Notes: generated from the letters alone by a model not told the origin. A stretch of 64,000 bases of DNA from an uncultured bacterium (GCA_963729625.1 CAVSOU010000007.1:32001-96000); one strand, 5' to 3'; shown: positions 38,419 through 54,296, numbered from the stretch's first letter. Numbers and translations are program-made.

Positions 38419-39784
38419 AGGTCCCATAGCCCGGACGTATGTGCATGCTTCCTCCTGGCTTGCCGCAGACACGTCCCTCGCGCGCAACGATCTTTCCGCG
38501 AAGTAACGTCATGTCAGGCGCTCCCGTAGCCGCCACGCCGTCAAACGGTGTCAGCTTGTTGGGAGACAGCATATCCGCATTGCGAATCACGGATTGAACT
38601 GCAGGGTCGACGACGACAAAATCGGCGTCGGAACCGATGGCGATGCATCCCTTTCGTGGGCCCAAGCCGTACAGTCGCGCCGGTACCGTACACATCACCT
38701 CCACGAGCCTGTCAAGACCGATATTCCCCTCGTGCACGGCGCTCAACATCAGCGGCAATGATGTCTGCACGCCAATTGCACCCGGACTTGCCTGCCACAC
38801 GTCGCGCATCTTCTCTTCTAGAGTATGTGGCGCGTGATCCGTTGCAATGCAGTCGATAGTGCCGTCAAGCAGTGCGCCCCACAGCGCCATCCTGTCCCGC
38901 TCGTGCTTCACGGCCGGATGAATCTTCATCGCAGTACCCAGGCGAGCATAGTCCCGCGAATCCAGAAACAGGAACGGCGGGATAGTCTCCGCCGTGACGG
39001 GAAGCCCGTCGCGCTTCGCCTGCCGCACCAGCTCGACTCCAGCGGCAGAGCTGAGATGATGGACGTGCACCCGGGCGCCGGACCGGCGGCACAGATCAAT
39101 GGCGTGGCGAAGAGCCAACGTTTCAGCCTCGATCGGCCGTGCCTCGACATGTGCCGCGGCGTCCATGCGCCCTGCGGTGCGAAGTCTGCCCGTACAATCG
39201 AGCACGAGCTGACGATCTTCGGCATGCACGCCGATGATCGCGCCGGCACGAGCGACGCATTCGAAGTAGGGAAGCGCCTCGCCTGGCAACGGAAGGCGGA
39301 CTCCAGGTGCAACTTCGATACCGGCGAGCGACATGTCCCACTTGAATCCGGCAACGCCCGCCGCGACAAGTGCTGACACCTGGCCTGAATCGGCCGAGCA
39401 CAGGTAGGCATAAGCGCCAAAGTCGACAAACGACGACCGTCGTGCCACTTCCAGCTTTGCCAGGAAGCGATCGACGCTGACGACCGCCTTGCTACCGTTG
39501 TTCGGCATGTCGAGTATCGTTGTGACGCCGCCTGCCGCCGCGGCGGCCGACTCGCTCTGGTATGTTGCCTTATACTCCAGTCCTGGCTCGCGAAAATGAA
39601 CGTGAACGTCCACGACGCCGGGCAGCAGGTACTTCCCGCGTGCGTCGAGCGAGGGACCCATGTCCGGTGGCGCGCCACCTGCGTAGATGCCGCTCACGCG
39701 ACCGCCGTACACGCCTACCGCGCCGTCGACCAAGCCGTGGGACGTCACGATCCTGGCGTTTACGACGAGAAGATCGAGTGTCAT
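38408..39784 (-). CDS. Dihydroorotase/allantoinase-family amidohydrolase
   Basis: PGVVDVHVHFREPG, DMPN, HAED, HVHHLS and ATDHAPH motifs. Confidence 0.92.
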   Translation of the reverse strand: MTLDLLVVNARIVTSHGLVDGAVGVYGGRVSGIYAGGAPPDMGPSLDARGKYLLPGVVDVHVHFREPGLEYKATYQSESAAAAAGGVTTILDMPNNGSKAVVSVDRFLAKLEVARRSSFVDFGAYAYLCSADSGQVSALVAAGVAGFKWDMSLAGIEVAPGVRLPLPGEALPYFECVARAGAIIGVHAEDRQLVLDCTGRLRTAGRMDAAAHVEARPIEAETLALRHAIDLCRRSGARVHVHHLSSAAGVELVRQAKRDGLPVTAETIPPFLFLDSRDYARLGTAMKIHPAVKHERDRMALWGALLDGTIDCIATDHAPHTLEEKMRDVWQASPGAIGVQTSLPLMLSAVHEGNIGLDRLVEVMCTVPARLYGLGPRKGCIAIGSDADFVVVDPAVQSVIRNADMLSPNKLTPFDGVAATGAPDMTLLRGKIVAREGRVCGKPGGSMHIRPGYGTSTT

Positions 39785-39939
39785 TGCACATCAAAGGATA
39801 CCCGTTTCCGGCTTGCCGGCGGCAAGGCTGCGTGTGCCCCATCGCCACGTGGTACCTTGGAGCTCTACAGAGGTGGTGCCGGTGGTTCAATGCCCAGCCT
39901 CAGCGACGTTCGTAACACCCACAGGACGAAAGACGGCAA

Positions 39940-40728
39940 ATGGTCAAGAATGCCGTGAGCGGAAGCGCGGATCTCTATGCACGCATCAGGGCCGCCTGGG
40001 ATGAGGACGCGGCCGAATACGACCAGAGGCCGGGCCACGGCATGCTCTCCGATCTCGAGCGGCGGGCCTGGACTTCTGTCCTTGCCAGGATGCTGGCGGC
40101 GGTGCAGCCTAACGACAGCCTTCGTATCCTTGACGTGGGCACCGGAACGGGGACGCTCGCCCTCGTTCTCGCCGCGATGGGACACAGGGTGACCGGCGTA
40201 GATTTCTCAGAGGCGATGCTCAATCATGCTCGCGACAAGGCTCAACGCGCTAAGCTCAGCATCGACTTTGTGCTAGCCAACGCCGCACGCCTCCCGCTCG
40301 AAGACAACGCGGTAGACGTCATTTTCTCGCGTCACGTGTTCTGGACGCTTCCACAGCCGATCCGGACCGTGCGCGAGTGGAGGCGGTGCGTGCGCCCGGG
40401 CGGCATCGTCGCCATCGCCGATGGTTGGTGGGGTGAGCCCTCGGCAGCCATGCGACGGCGCAGAGCAGTTGGCACGTGTATTCGGCGGATTCTGGGCCAG
40501 CCACATCGAGAGCACGTGGGCTACGCGGAGCTTCGAGGTAAGCTACCGGTAGCCGATGGAGTCTCTCCGTACAGCATCCGCTATTACCTCGACCAAGCCG
40601 GTCTCGATCGCTTGAAGGTTACTGACTTGGGGACAATCCGCGCGGCGGAGCGACGTTCCGTACCACCGTGGTACTGGGTTGACCGCGCGCGCTACACATG
40701 GCTCGCGACGGGTCACAAGCCGGTATGA
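39940..40728 (+). CDS. Class I SAM-dependent methyltransferase
   Basis: ILDVGTGTG, GVDFSEAML and RPGG motifs. Confidence 0.92.
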   Translation: MVKNAVSGSADLYARIRAAWDEDAAEYDQRPGHGMLSDLERRAWTSVLARMLAAVQPNDSLRILDVGTGTGTLALVLAAMGHRVTGVDFSEAMLNHARDKAQRAKLSIDFVLANAARLPLEDNAVDVIFSRHVFWTLPQPIRTVREWRRCVRPGGIVAIADGWWGEPSAAMRRRRAVGTCIRRILGQPHREHVGYAELRGKLPVADGVSPYSIRYYLDQAGLDRLKVTDLGTIRAAERRSVPPWYWVDRARYTWLATGHKPV

Positions 40729-40916
40729 TCGGGCTGTGCCGCGATCGATGCCCGGAGTGCGCACTGCCCGGGGAGCAACACCAGGGGGGCGCGTGGGAAG
40801 CGAGTGCGTGACCCGCACTTCGCCGTTGCCGTGCGTTGGCTGCGTCAGTGACCGAATGAACGGTGGATTCGGTCGCGCACCTTATCACGCGGTGCGGTAA
40901 ACCGGAATCGGTGTCG

Positions 40917-41642
40917 TCAGGGAAGCAGGAGCAGCCGCGAGCAGGCAGGGCAAGACGGCACGCCTACTCCCATGCGGAGCATCTGCATCGCCTCACCCGG
41001 AACCGAGCGGTGACAATGAGAACACTCGCCACCGGCAGCGGTGGCGAACGGATGACCGCCCGTGGTCGGATACAGTACGCGATATCTTTCGCGAAGAGCC
41101 GGCGGGAGCTTTCGCGCGGCCTCCCGGCGCAACACATCTACTGCCGCCAATCGCTCCTCTGCGTCGTGAACTTCACTCTCTGCCCGGGCCCGCCGCACCT
41201 GTGCATCTCGCTCTTCGATCAGCAACGCCGCGCGTGCCGGTGCCAGGGCCGCCAGCGCGGCCTCTTCACGCTCAGACGTCTCCATCCAGGCGTTTTCGTT
41301 ATCCGCAATCAGGTGCTGGAGCGTGGAAATCTCGTGTTGCGCCGCCTCGATTTCGCGTGCCGCCTGCAGCCTTCCTGAGGCAAGGCGCTCCTCGGTCCGC
41401 TGGTTCTTTGCTTTTGCGTCCTCGACTGTTGCCTCGAGTTGCCGGCGATACGTTTGCAGCTCGGCAAACGTCCTTTCAGCCAAAACATACTTAGTATGTG
41501 CACGCTGCAGACGATCATCGTGCTCGAGCTGCTGCTTCGCATGAGCGATTGCGGATAGTATCCCCGCCCGTTCCCTGTCGCCGTATGCCAGTTGGCGAAG
41601 TGCCTCCCAAAGTGCAGCGGGCAGCGCAGTATCAGGCATCAT
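40917..41642 (-). CDS. Coiled-coil plus C4 zinc-ribbon protein (DUF164/CT398-like)
   Basis: Long coiled coil followed by CSHCH...CPACSRLL. Confidence 0.88.
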   Translation of the reverse strand: MMPDTALPAALWEALRQLAYGDRERAGILSAIAHAKQQLEHDDRLQRAHTKYVLAERTFAELQTYRRQLEATVEDAKAKNQRTEERLASGRLQAAREIEAAQHEISTLQHLIADNENAWMETSEREEAALAALAPARAALLIEERDAQVRRARAESEVHDAEERLAAVDVLRREAARKLPPALRERYRVLYPTTGGHPFATAAGGECSHCHRSVPGEAMQMLRMGVGVPSCPACSRLLLLP

Positions 41643-41720
41643 GCAACAAACGACCGCGGAGCCCGGACCTGCGGCGCCCGACCAAGCTTGAAACCTGGCG
41701 ATGAGCAGCGATGGAGCATG

Positions 41721-41849
41721 CTACTCGGCAGATTCGCTTGCCGGTTCCTTCACACGGCTCTGAATCACCGGCGCAACTTTCTCCTTCTTCTTGTTCACGG
41801 CGGTCTTTGGCTTGCGGGTTTCTTTGCGGCCCTTGTCCTTTGAGCCCAT
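41721..41849 (-). CDS. 42-aa Lys-rich small protein
   Basis: MGSKDKGRKETRKPKTAVNKKKEKVAPVIQSRVKEPASESAE*; AAGGGAGA RBS; TATAAC -10 near 41923-41928. Confidence 0.7.
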   Translation of the reverse strand: MGSKDKGRKETRKPKTAVNKKKEKVAPVIQSRVKEPASESAE

Positions 41850-42164
41850 AGTAAGTCTCCCTTCACGTGATCCATCCCCGAGATAGAAGTGTACGCGCTT
41901 TGCCGGGTTCGATGCGAGTATGTTATAGAACTGTCGGGACTTCTGGCCGACTTTGTCGAGTACAGGCAGACTAAAGGAAGGCGCCGGGCCCAGGACGCCC
42001 GAGGCGTTTCGGCTCGGGTGTCTCGCAACCCAACGACGTGAGACGCAGGGTAGTATTGGTGCGATTTCCCACGCGGTTCAGGCGGTCAGCGGATCGAGAC
42101 ACGCGTTCGCATCGCGGCCCAGTGCACCGCGATACCTGACCAGACAAGGAGGGACGACAGGGCA

Positions 42165-43217
42165 ATGCGGATGGTCGGTCTGTCGTGGCGGCCTGGCTCC
42201 ATCAAATCCCTGCTCAACCGCGACGGCGGCGCCGGCCGGTCAATGTGGCGGGCGTTGCGATGGCTGGCAGTTATCGCATCAATCGGCATGTGTCTGGTGC
42301 TGCAGCAGGGCACCCTCGTCACGAATTCAGGCTCCGCCGCGGGCTGCGGAAACACCTGGCCGCTATGCCATGGCAAGATTCTGCCGGAGTTCAGTGGTGT
42401 GGGTGGAGCGGCGACCGCGATTGAGTTCAGTCATCGCGTTGCCGTTCCCGTTGAGAGCACGCTGGTAATCGCGCTCGCCGCCGGCATGCTTTGGTTCTGG
42501 CGAGGCCGGCGTGAGGCGATGGTCCTGGCTCCAGCGATGATATTCTTCCTGTTCCTTCAGGCCGTGCTTGGCGCAATGGCCGTCGCCTGGCCGACCTCGG
42601 CCGAAGTCCTGGCCGCGCACTTCGGCATATCGCTCCTGGCGTTTGCGAGCATCGTGCTGTCCGCTGCGTTCGTCTGGGAAGCAGGCGGGGCCGAAGCGCT
42701 CCGAGATCGAACGCTCTCCTTTCGAATTCGCTGGGCCATCCGGGGTACCCTTGTCTACACGTACGTCGTCGTCTATCTCGGCGCCTATGTCCGGCACGTT
42801 GGAGCGAGCCTCTCATGTCTGGATTGGCCACTCTGCAACGGACGGGTGATACCGAGGTTTGTCGGAGGCGTGGCAACACAGTTTACGCATCGCGTTGGCG
42901 CGGGACTCCTTGTGCTCTCGATCGCGGGCTTGTTTGCCGCTATCTGGACCATCAGGGACCAGCGACCCGACCTCTTCCGAGCGAGTGCAGCGTGCGTCGT
43001 GCTGGTTTGTCTGCAAGCTCTGAGCGGCGCCTTGGTCGTGGAAACCCGCATCTCGGTTATAAGCACGCTGGTCCACGCCTTCTTTGTCAGCCTGCTCTTT
43101 GTCGTCGAAGCGTATATGTGGCTGCACACCGTCGAGCGTCCAGCCGGCGCGTTCGAACAGGCGTCCGGAACCGCCCGCCTGGCTTCTCGCCGGTTACCGC
43201 GGCCGGTTCGTGCATAG
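42165..43217 (+). CDS. ctaA: Heme A synthase (COX15/CtaA)
   Basis: GCGNTWPLCHG, IEFSHR, AAHFGIS, SCLDWPLCNG and QFTHR motifs; start 42165 or 42243. Confidence 0.94.
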   Translation: MRMVGLSWRPGSIKSLLNRDGGAGRSMWRALRWLAVIASIGMCLVLQQGTLVTNSGSAAGCGNTWPLCHGKILPEFSGVGGAATAIEFSHRVAVPVESTLVIALAAGMLWFWRGRREAMVLAPAMIFFLFLQAVLGAMAVAWPTSAEVLAAHFGISLLAFASIVLSAAFVWEAGGAEALRDRTLSFRIRWAIRGTLVYTYVVVYLGAYVRHVGASLSCLDWPLCNGRVIPRFVGGVATQFTHRVGAGLLVLSIAGLFAAIWTIRDQRPDLFRASAACVVLVCLQALSGALVVETRISVISTLVHAFFVSLLFVVEAYMWLHTVERPAGAFEQASGTARLASRRLPRPVRA

Positions 43218-43525
43218 TGACGGCTCCAACCCAGGGACCTATGTCGCGTGCGGCAATGCCGGCGTCAGTCGTCGGTCTCGATTCGGCCCGAGGCCGTTTG
43301 CGCGCGGAACCGCCACTGTCGTTCAAACACGAAGACGTGGGGCGATGGCCTCCTTCGCGCCATGCAGATGCTCGGCAAGCACTCAAATTTCATCCATGGG
43401 TTCCGCCATTTCGTCGATTTGCTGGCTTCCGGCGGTGGAGGCAATGTGCTACCTTGTATGAGATTATTCGTTGGCCGGGCGGGGAGCCGGGTCATGACAA
43501 ACCTTTTGACAGAGTTCTTGTCGTG

Positions 43526-43555
43526 GAGGCGCTTCGTAGGGGCGCCTCTTCTCTT
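43526..43555 (+). terminator. Terminator-like hairpin in the leader of the MBL-pyrG-priA operon
   Basis: GAGGCGCTTC-gta-GGGGCGCCTC-TTCTCTT downstream of the extended -10 TGCTACCTT (43447-43455). Confidence 0.5.
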
Positions 43556-43593
43556 ATGCACGGGAGAGAGCCGGCGAGCCGTGGGAGAAGCGC

Positions 43594-48476
<4,883 letters not shown>

Positions 48477-48592
48477 GCATATGGCGTCCAACCCCCGGCA
48501 ACGATCGAGTGGCACCCAGTCCTCCCTCGATATTCGCCAAAGAATGACATCGGTTGCAGCATTGCTTCTCCACGCCGTAAAATGGCGGGACT

Positions 48593-49099
48593 ATGGCAAC
48601 ACGAGAAATGTCCACGGCGCCAAAACAGAAGCCACCCGATCTGACGGTCGCAGGAAACCGGCGCGCGTATCATGATTACTTCATCGACGAGACCATGGAG
48701 GCCGGCCTCGTACTGACCGGCACCGAAGTAAAGTCGGTGCGTATGGGCCGCGTGAACCTACGAGAAGCCTACGCGCGGATTGAGAACGGTGAAGCCTGGC
48801 TCTGGAACGCGCATATCTCGCCATACGACCACGGCAATCGCTTCAACCATGATCCACAGCGCACGAGAAAGCTTCTGCTACATCGATCCGAGATTTCGCG
48901 TCTCAATACGAGTATCAAGAAGAAAGGCTACACGCTCGTGCCGCTTCGCATGTATTTTCGCCACAACGTTGCCAAGGTCGAGCTTGGGCTGGCCCGTGGC
49001 AAAAAGCTGTACGACAAGCGCGACTCCATCGCTGAGCGCGATGCGAAGCGGGAAATGGAGCGTGCCTTGCGGGGAAGAACGCGTGATTACAACGCATAG
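48593..49099 (+). CDS. smpB: SsrA-binding protein
   Basis: [27 protein letters not shown] and GKKLYDKR motifs. Confidence 0.98.
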   Translation: MATREMSTAPKQKPPDLTVAGNRRAYHDYFIDETMEAGLVLTGTEVKSVRMGRVNLREAYARIENGEAWLWNAHISPYDHGNRFNHDPQRTRKLLLHRSEISRLNTSIKKKGYTLVPLRMYFRHNVAKVELGLARGKKLYDKRDSIAERDAKREMERALRGRTRDYNA

Positions 49100-49117
49100 T
49101 GCTTGAACGGTACGCCG

Positions 49118-49999
49118 ATGGAAGTAACCGGCATCGACCATGCGATCATCACCGTACGCGATCTAGAAGCCGCGGCAGCGCTATTCTCAGATGGCCTTGG
49201 ATTCCACGTGAGCGGCGGTGGAACCCATCCCCAGTTCGGGACTGCAAACCGGATCATCGTGCTCGACGACGAGTATATTGAGCTTCTGGCGCCGCAATCG
49301 GAAGCACTACCGCGCGGCCTCGTCGGCAACCTCCTCGCGAACGGCGAGGGGAATCTGGCCTGCGTCCTGGGATTGCGCGATCCGGCGGCGTTCGCCACCG
49401 GCACCCGCGCTCGAGGGTTACCCGTCGACGGACCGCATCCGGGACGGCTCGACGCCGCCGAGGGCTTCAGCCGCGGGTGGCAAACCGTCACGTTCGTGGA
49501 TACGCATGTACCCGGCTTGCCCTTCTTCATCAAGCATGACAGCACAGGCGATGAGCGGCGGCGCCTGCTTGGCGGGCCGGCGGGACTCGCACCGCATCCA
49601 AATGGGGCCGGGCGCATAGCCGGAGTCATCCTGGCCGTCGTGGATTGCCGCGCATCCATCGGTGTATTGCAACGAGTGCTTGGGCTCACGGCGGATGCAG
49701 AAGGGCGAGATGCGATGCTGGAAGCCGAAACGGTGACGACGACACTGGTGTCCGGCGCCAAGATCGTGCTTGCCTCTCCGGCCGAACCTGGCCGAGGCCC
49801 GCTTGCGGCCGCGCTTGCTCAACGCGGTGAATCGATGTTTGCGGTCACCATTGCGGTGGATCACCTCGCGGAGACCGTGGCGATGCTCCGCGGGCGAGGC
49901 ATAGGCGTGCGCGTGGACGAGCCCGGAGGAGTGCTCGTCGCGGCGCAGATACACCACCGCAACGCGCTCGGCGTGCGACTTGGACTGGTCAGAATCTGA
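49118..49999 (+). CDS. VOC family protein (Glyoxalase_3)
   Basis: IDHAIITVRDL, GGTHPQFGTAN, YIELL, LPFFI and HPNGA motifs. Confidence 0.88.
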   Translation: MEVTGIDHAIITVRDLEAAAALFSDGLGFHVSGGGTHPQFGTANRIIVLDDEYIELLAPQSEALPRGLVGNLLANGEGNLACVLGLRDPAAFATGTRARGLPVDGPHPGRLDAAEGFSRGWQTVTFVDTHVPGLPFFIKHDSTGDERRRLLGGPAGLAPHPNGAGRIAGVILAVVDCRASIGVLQRVLGLTADAEGRDAMLEAETVTTTLVSGAKIVLASPAEPGRGPLAAALAQRGESMFAVTIAVDHLAETVAMLRGRGIGVRVDEPGGVLVAAQIHHRNALGVRLGLVRI

Positions 50000-50112
50000 G
50001 ACCGGTGCAACGTGTGCAGTAGTCGGCCATGCTCGGGCCTGGCACGGGACGAGGCCCTATGCGCCAGGATCCGCGTGTAGTATCGCGCCAGAGCCGAACT
50101 GCCGCCCAGAGG

Positions 50113-52377
50113 TTACTGGATCATCAGCGCAGCCCGAGCGTGCGCCTTGCTCCTCATTCCCGCGGCCTCGACCGTGGTCGCGCCATGCGCAGCGGTGGCC
50201 GGCACCGTGAACGTAGCTTTGAAAGCGCCATGCGCGTCCGAATTGGCAGCGGCGAGGACAGCACCATGCACGCTTATCACGACGATCTCGTTGGCGCCAA
50301 ACGCGGTGCCCATGATCGCTATCGACTGACCAGCATGAACCGTGACCGGCTTCACCACAATTGCCGAAACAGGCACGAGGCTCACCTGCACTGTCGTCGA
50401 CGCCGCGCGGCCAGTTCGAGCCCCGGTCACTTTGAGCGCGTAGCGGCCCGCCTTCAGCTTCCTGGAAAGATGGAAGGTCGCCTTCGTGAAGCTTCCGTTA
50501 TTGCCGGCCACGGAATTCTCAACCACCGCACCGTTGAACCGGATCAGCACGATTTCACCCGGCTGAAAACCCCCTCCGGATACTATCACAGCATCGCCGG
50601 GATGGAGTTTGGACGACGCCAGCCTCACCGTGGCAGGCCTGGGCGCCACGACATGCAGGGTCGCGGCAGCCGATAGTTCGCTCTGAGTCCCAAGGGCCAT
50701 GATCCCGTGATCCCCTACCTTGACCTCCGGGCCTAGGTGAGTTGAGAATCCGCCGGAGGCATCGCATATGACCGTTGCCTGAAGGACGGTGTCTACGCGA
50801 ATAAGCACCTGCTCTTTGGGCTCGAAGCCCAGGCCGGATACTTCGACGGATCCGCCTGCCACCACGGTGCCGGGGTTCAACGTGAGTTGGGCCACCGGAG
50901 CCTGAGCTACCGTAAGTGTCGCGGTCGCCGTTCGCCCGCTGGTTCCCTGCACTGATACCACGTAGTCTCCCGGAGCCAGGCCGGCCGGAACTGCAAAGGC
51001 CACGCCGTCAAAGGAGCCGCTTGCACTGACAACAGCGTGCTGCACGATGGCGCCCTTGACAGCAACGCTGATGGTCTCCCCACCCACAAACCCCGACCCG
51101 GCGACTACCACCCTGCCACCAGGGGCGGCGGTCGCTGGACTGATTGTAATGCCGGCTTGAGCAGCCTGGAGCGTGAGAGCAGCCGACGCGACACGCCCAC
51201 TGGACTGACCGGTCACGGTAAGCGCGTACGTACCAGGGCTCATTGACGTCGCGACCGTGAAGACGTAGCCGCTAAAGCTGCCGTCCGGCCCAACGAGGGT
51301 CGTTGCCCCTGGGCTGTCTCCAAGCTTCACCACGATCTGTTCCCCAGGTGCGAAGCCCGCGCCAGCCACCGACACCTGGCCTCCCACCACGACCGTACCC
51401 GGTGTAAGCGTAAGCGCCATGGGCACAGCTGTCGGGCTTGGCGTCGCGGCCTGGAGGCCAATGCTCAGTGGCTGCGAGGCATACTGACCGCTCGACTGCC
51501 CTTGCGCCAGAACGGTGTAGTCGCCAAGCGGGGTGGACGGAGACAGGAGTTCGTGCAAAGGCCCGAACGAGCCTGTGGAGCTTGCGGTCACTTGCATCGC
51601 CATCAAACGGGAGAGGAAGACATTTACCTGCTCACCGCCCTGAAAGCCCGACCCGGAGATATCGACATACGCATTCGGCTGCACCGGCGATGGAGAAGCA
51701 GTCACCTGCGCCGTCGCGGATGAAACCACGTGGACGATTTCGAGGCCGAAATCGTTGGATTGCCCGATCACAAAGATGCGCGCCGGACCGGGAGCCCATG
51801 ACGCGGGCACTGCCAGCGCCGTCGAGAATCCGCCGTGCATATCCGCTGCCAGTGGATAGGGATACGGAAGCCAGGGAAGGATCAGTCCAATGGACTCTCC
51901 GGGATGCAACCCCGCGCCGGTAAGCTGCACGCTCTGGCCGGCAACGACGCTGGCCTGCCCAAACGTCAGCGTGATGTTTGGATTGGCGATCGGCGAGAGC
52001 GGGAACGGCAGGCCGTTTCCTACTGTGTCCAGGCCGAGTGTGCTGCCCTGTGGAGACGCGGCAAGGTTCTGTGCAACGATCATCACCGCGTTAGGGTCAA
52101 GGTATCCAAGCGCAAACCACGCCTGTGGATTGAGTACCGGGTGCAGCTCGCCGTCCCAATAGAAGTAGATGTTAGTGTCGACAGAATCTTTGACCAGTTG
52201 TCCGTTGGTGAACGCGAGGCCGGCCGGCGCTCCGTGGGCTGAACTCGAACACGCCGGCAGGTTCAGCGCACCCACCAGGAATGCGAAAGCGACGAAGATG
52301 GCTGCCAGCCTGCGATACCGCTGCGAAACGCGCGCGCGTGATGCATCCATCGAGCCCTCCGAGCCTAGTTCTACCAC
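50113..52377 (-). CDS. Secreted surface protein with seven Ig/IPT-like repeats
   Basis: Signal peptide followed by seven G-x-G-F-x-P-G-E-x-V-type beta-sandwich repeats. Confidence 0.85.
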   Translation of the reverse strand: MVELGSEGSMDASRARVSQRYRRLAAIFVAFAFLVGALNLPACSSSAHGAPAGLAFTNGQLVKDSVDTNIYFYWDGELHPVLNPQAWFALGYLDPNAVMIVAQNLAASPQGSTLGLDTVGNGLPFPLSPIANPNITLTFGQASVVAGQSVQLTGAGLHPGESIGLILPWLPYPYPLAADMHGGFSTALAVPASWAPGPARIFVIGQSNDFGLEIVHVVSSATAQVTASPSPVQPNAYVDISGSGFQGGEQVNVFLSRLMAMQVTASSTGSFGPLHELLSPSTPLGDYTVLAQGQSSGQYASQPLSIGLQAATPSPTAVPMALTLTPGTVVVGGQVSVAGAGFAPGEQIVVKLGDSPGATTLVGPDGSFSGYVFTVATSMSPGTYALTVTGQSSGRVASAALTLQAAQAGITISPATAAPGGRVVVAGSGFVGGETISVAVKGAIVQHAVVSASGSFDGVAFAVPAGLAPGDYVVSVQGTSGRTATATLTVAQAPVAQLTLNPGTVVAGGSVEVSGLGFEPKEQVLIRVDTVLQATVICDASGGFSTHLGPEVKVGDHGIMALGTQSELSAAATLHVVAPRPATVRLASSKLHPGDAVIVSGGGFQPGEIVLIRFNGAVVENSVAGNNGSFTKATFHLSRKLKAGRYALKVTGARTGRAASTTVQVSLVPVSAIVVKPVTVHAGQSIAIMGTAFGANEIVVISVHGAVLAAANSDAHGAFKATFTVPATAAHGATTVEAAGMRSKAHARAALMIQ

Positions 52378-52515
52378 CTATGCGTAACGCAATCTGCCGC
52401 TGCCGGTGCTTCGCGACCGATGACTGCTATCCGGATTATGGAAGGACTGCCGGTCGAACGTCAACTCTGAGGCCTGAGACTGCCCAAGTACCGCAAAATG
52501 GTCTGCTTCAGCCCA

Positions 52516-54102
52516 TTATTTGAGAAGACTCCGTACCACCCAGCCGTCAATCCGCGACGCGGGCAGGGCCACCCTGGCCCAGTGTGGCGTGACCCCGAGC
52601 ACGAGTACTCGGGTCAAACGAGAGATGTGCGCAATCACCCTGTAGCGAGTGCCGGGGCCCTGGCGAAGCTCGGCAGTTCCCCGCAACACGCGCGCGCTTA
52701 CCGGCGCAACGGTCTTTTGAGGGCTGGAACGTTGTCTCGACGATGAGCTGCTGGGCTTCAGATTGGTGTACGGCCTCGCGACCCACCCCGCGGTCCCGCC
52801 TGGAAGGATAACTGCAGCCCAATGAGGGCTCACCTTGACCAGCTGCATGGAGGTGCCGCGGAACACGGACCCGACCACGGGATACTTCAAGCCCGGACCG
52901 GAGCGCACATGAAGCACGTCTGCTTCGGCAAGAATACTCACACCGCCGCCAATCGGTTGCTTTTCGCCCGGTCTCACGAGATAGCGTGACAGGACCCAGC
53001 CAATCGTGCCTTCGCGCGTAGTCACCTGCGTCCAGTGTGCCGTGCGGCTATGCACCGCCACGATCTCGCCCTCGAAACATGTTCCGAGAACAAGGTTGCC
53101 CTGACCGGGTTTGACATGAATGTTCAGGCCGTCCGAGCCCACGCCTGCCAGAGGGCCTCGCGGCGGCCACGGCGTATCCCAGAATCCATATCCGGAAACC
53201 CAATCCTGGCTGACCCAACCCTGGACGTTCTGCGGCAGCGCGACGTTGAGCCACTGCCCGCGCGCCTTGACAAATCCAAGCTTGGCGCCGCGCAGAGCGA
53301 CGCCGAGCGTGCGATAGCCGATGCCCGGGCCTGCGCGGACGTTCAGCCCGTTATCTACGTTGACCACGACGTAGTGCGTGTATTGTTTCAGGAACGCGTG
53401 TATCACGGAGTCGGCCTCGGCCGGCCACTCGGGGATCGCCTGCCCGCTCGGGGTGATCAGAACCTGAGGGCTGATCGAGTGCGCGGCGACAAACGCCAAT
53501 GGGTCATAGAACGAGGCGATCAGCGACGCGTTGCCGAAGGTGTATCCCGGGCCGCCTCCGTCAAAGTCCTTGATCTCAAAATGCAAGTGGGTGCCGCTTG
53601 CGAAGCCCGTGGCGCCGACGAGCCCCAGCACTTGACCCTGGCTGACCACCTCTCCCACGTACACCTGAAGGCTACCGTACTGCATGTGCTCATATTGCGA
53701 ATACACATATGCTCCAGTTGGAAGCATGTGCCGTAACCTGACAGTCACTCCGTAGCCACTGTCGTACTGCGCCTCGGTCACCACGCCTGCCGCGGTCGCG
53801 TGCACGTTCGCATCCGAGCCGTCACTTGCTAAATCAATGCCCGTATGTCCGCAGTAGTACAGCCCATATGCGTAGTAGCCTTGTCCCAGGCTCGGGTCGC
53901 AGGAGTCGTTGAACCCCTGGGTGATGTAGTATCCGTTCGCGTTGGCCTTGTCCCATGTTGGCGCGACCGAGGGATTCCCGACCGGATAGATGAATGTCGT
54001 CGCCACTGGGTCGGCCTGGATTGGACGAGCGTCGGCTTGCACGTCGCCCCAGCTCACGACCAGGAACAGCGAAGCGGCAAGCCTTAGAACTCGACGAAAC
54101 AT
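52516..54102 (-). CDS. Secreted M23 peptidase with four SH3b domains
   Basis: HTGID, YEHM and HLHFE motifs; four LNVRxGPG-type repeats ending in GW. Confidence 0.92.
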   Translation of the reverse strand: MFRRVLRLAASLFLVVSWGDVQADARPIQADPVATTFIYPVGNPSVAPTWDKANANGYYITQGFNDSCDPSLGQGYYAYGLYYCGHTGIDLASDGSDANVHATAAGVVTEAQYDSGYGVTVRLRHMLPTGAYVYSQYEHMQYGSLQVYVGEVVSQGQVLGLVGATGFASGTHLHFEIKDFDGGGPGYTFGNASLIASFYDPLAFVAAHSISPQVLITPSGQAIPEWPAEADSVIHAFLKQYTHYVVVNVDNGLNVRAGPGIGYRTLGVALRGAKLGFVKARGQWLNVALPQNVQGWVSQDWVSGYGFWDTPWPPRGPLAGVGSDGLNIHVKPGQGNLVLGTCFEGEIVAVHSRTAHWTQVTTREGTIGWVLSRYLVRPGEKQPIGGGVSILAEADVLHVRSGPGLKYPVVGSVFRGTSMQLVKVSPHWAAVILPGGTAGWVARPYTNLKPSSSSSRQRSSPQKTVAPVSARVLRGTAELRQGPGTRYRVIAHISRLTRVLVLGVTPHWARVALPASRIDGWVVRSLLK

Positions 54103-54296
54103 TCTCTATCCTGTTACCGCTACAAGCATGTCCAGAGCGCGATGCCGGAAAAGTCCCCCGCAACTTTACCAGCAGCCTGAGCGGGCGTCAACCAGGATAC
54201 TCACCACCGGCGCTCCCACACGTGCGTTGCCTCTCACCGCCGAAGGTGGCCACCCGCGCCCGCGTCGCGCGACAGAGCATGGGTTCAGACTGAAAA

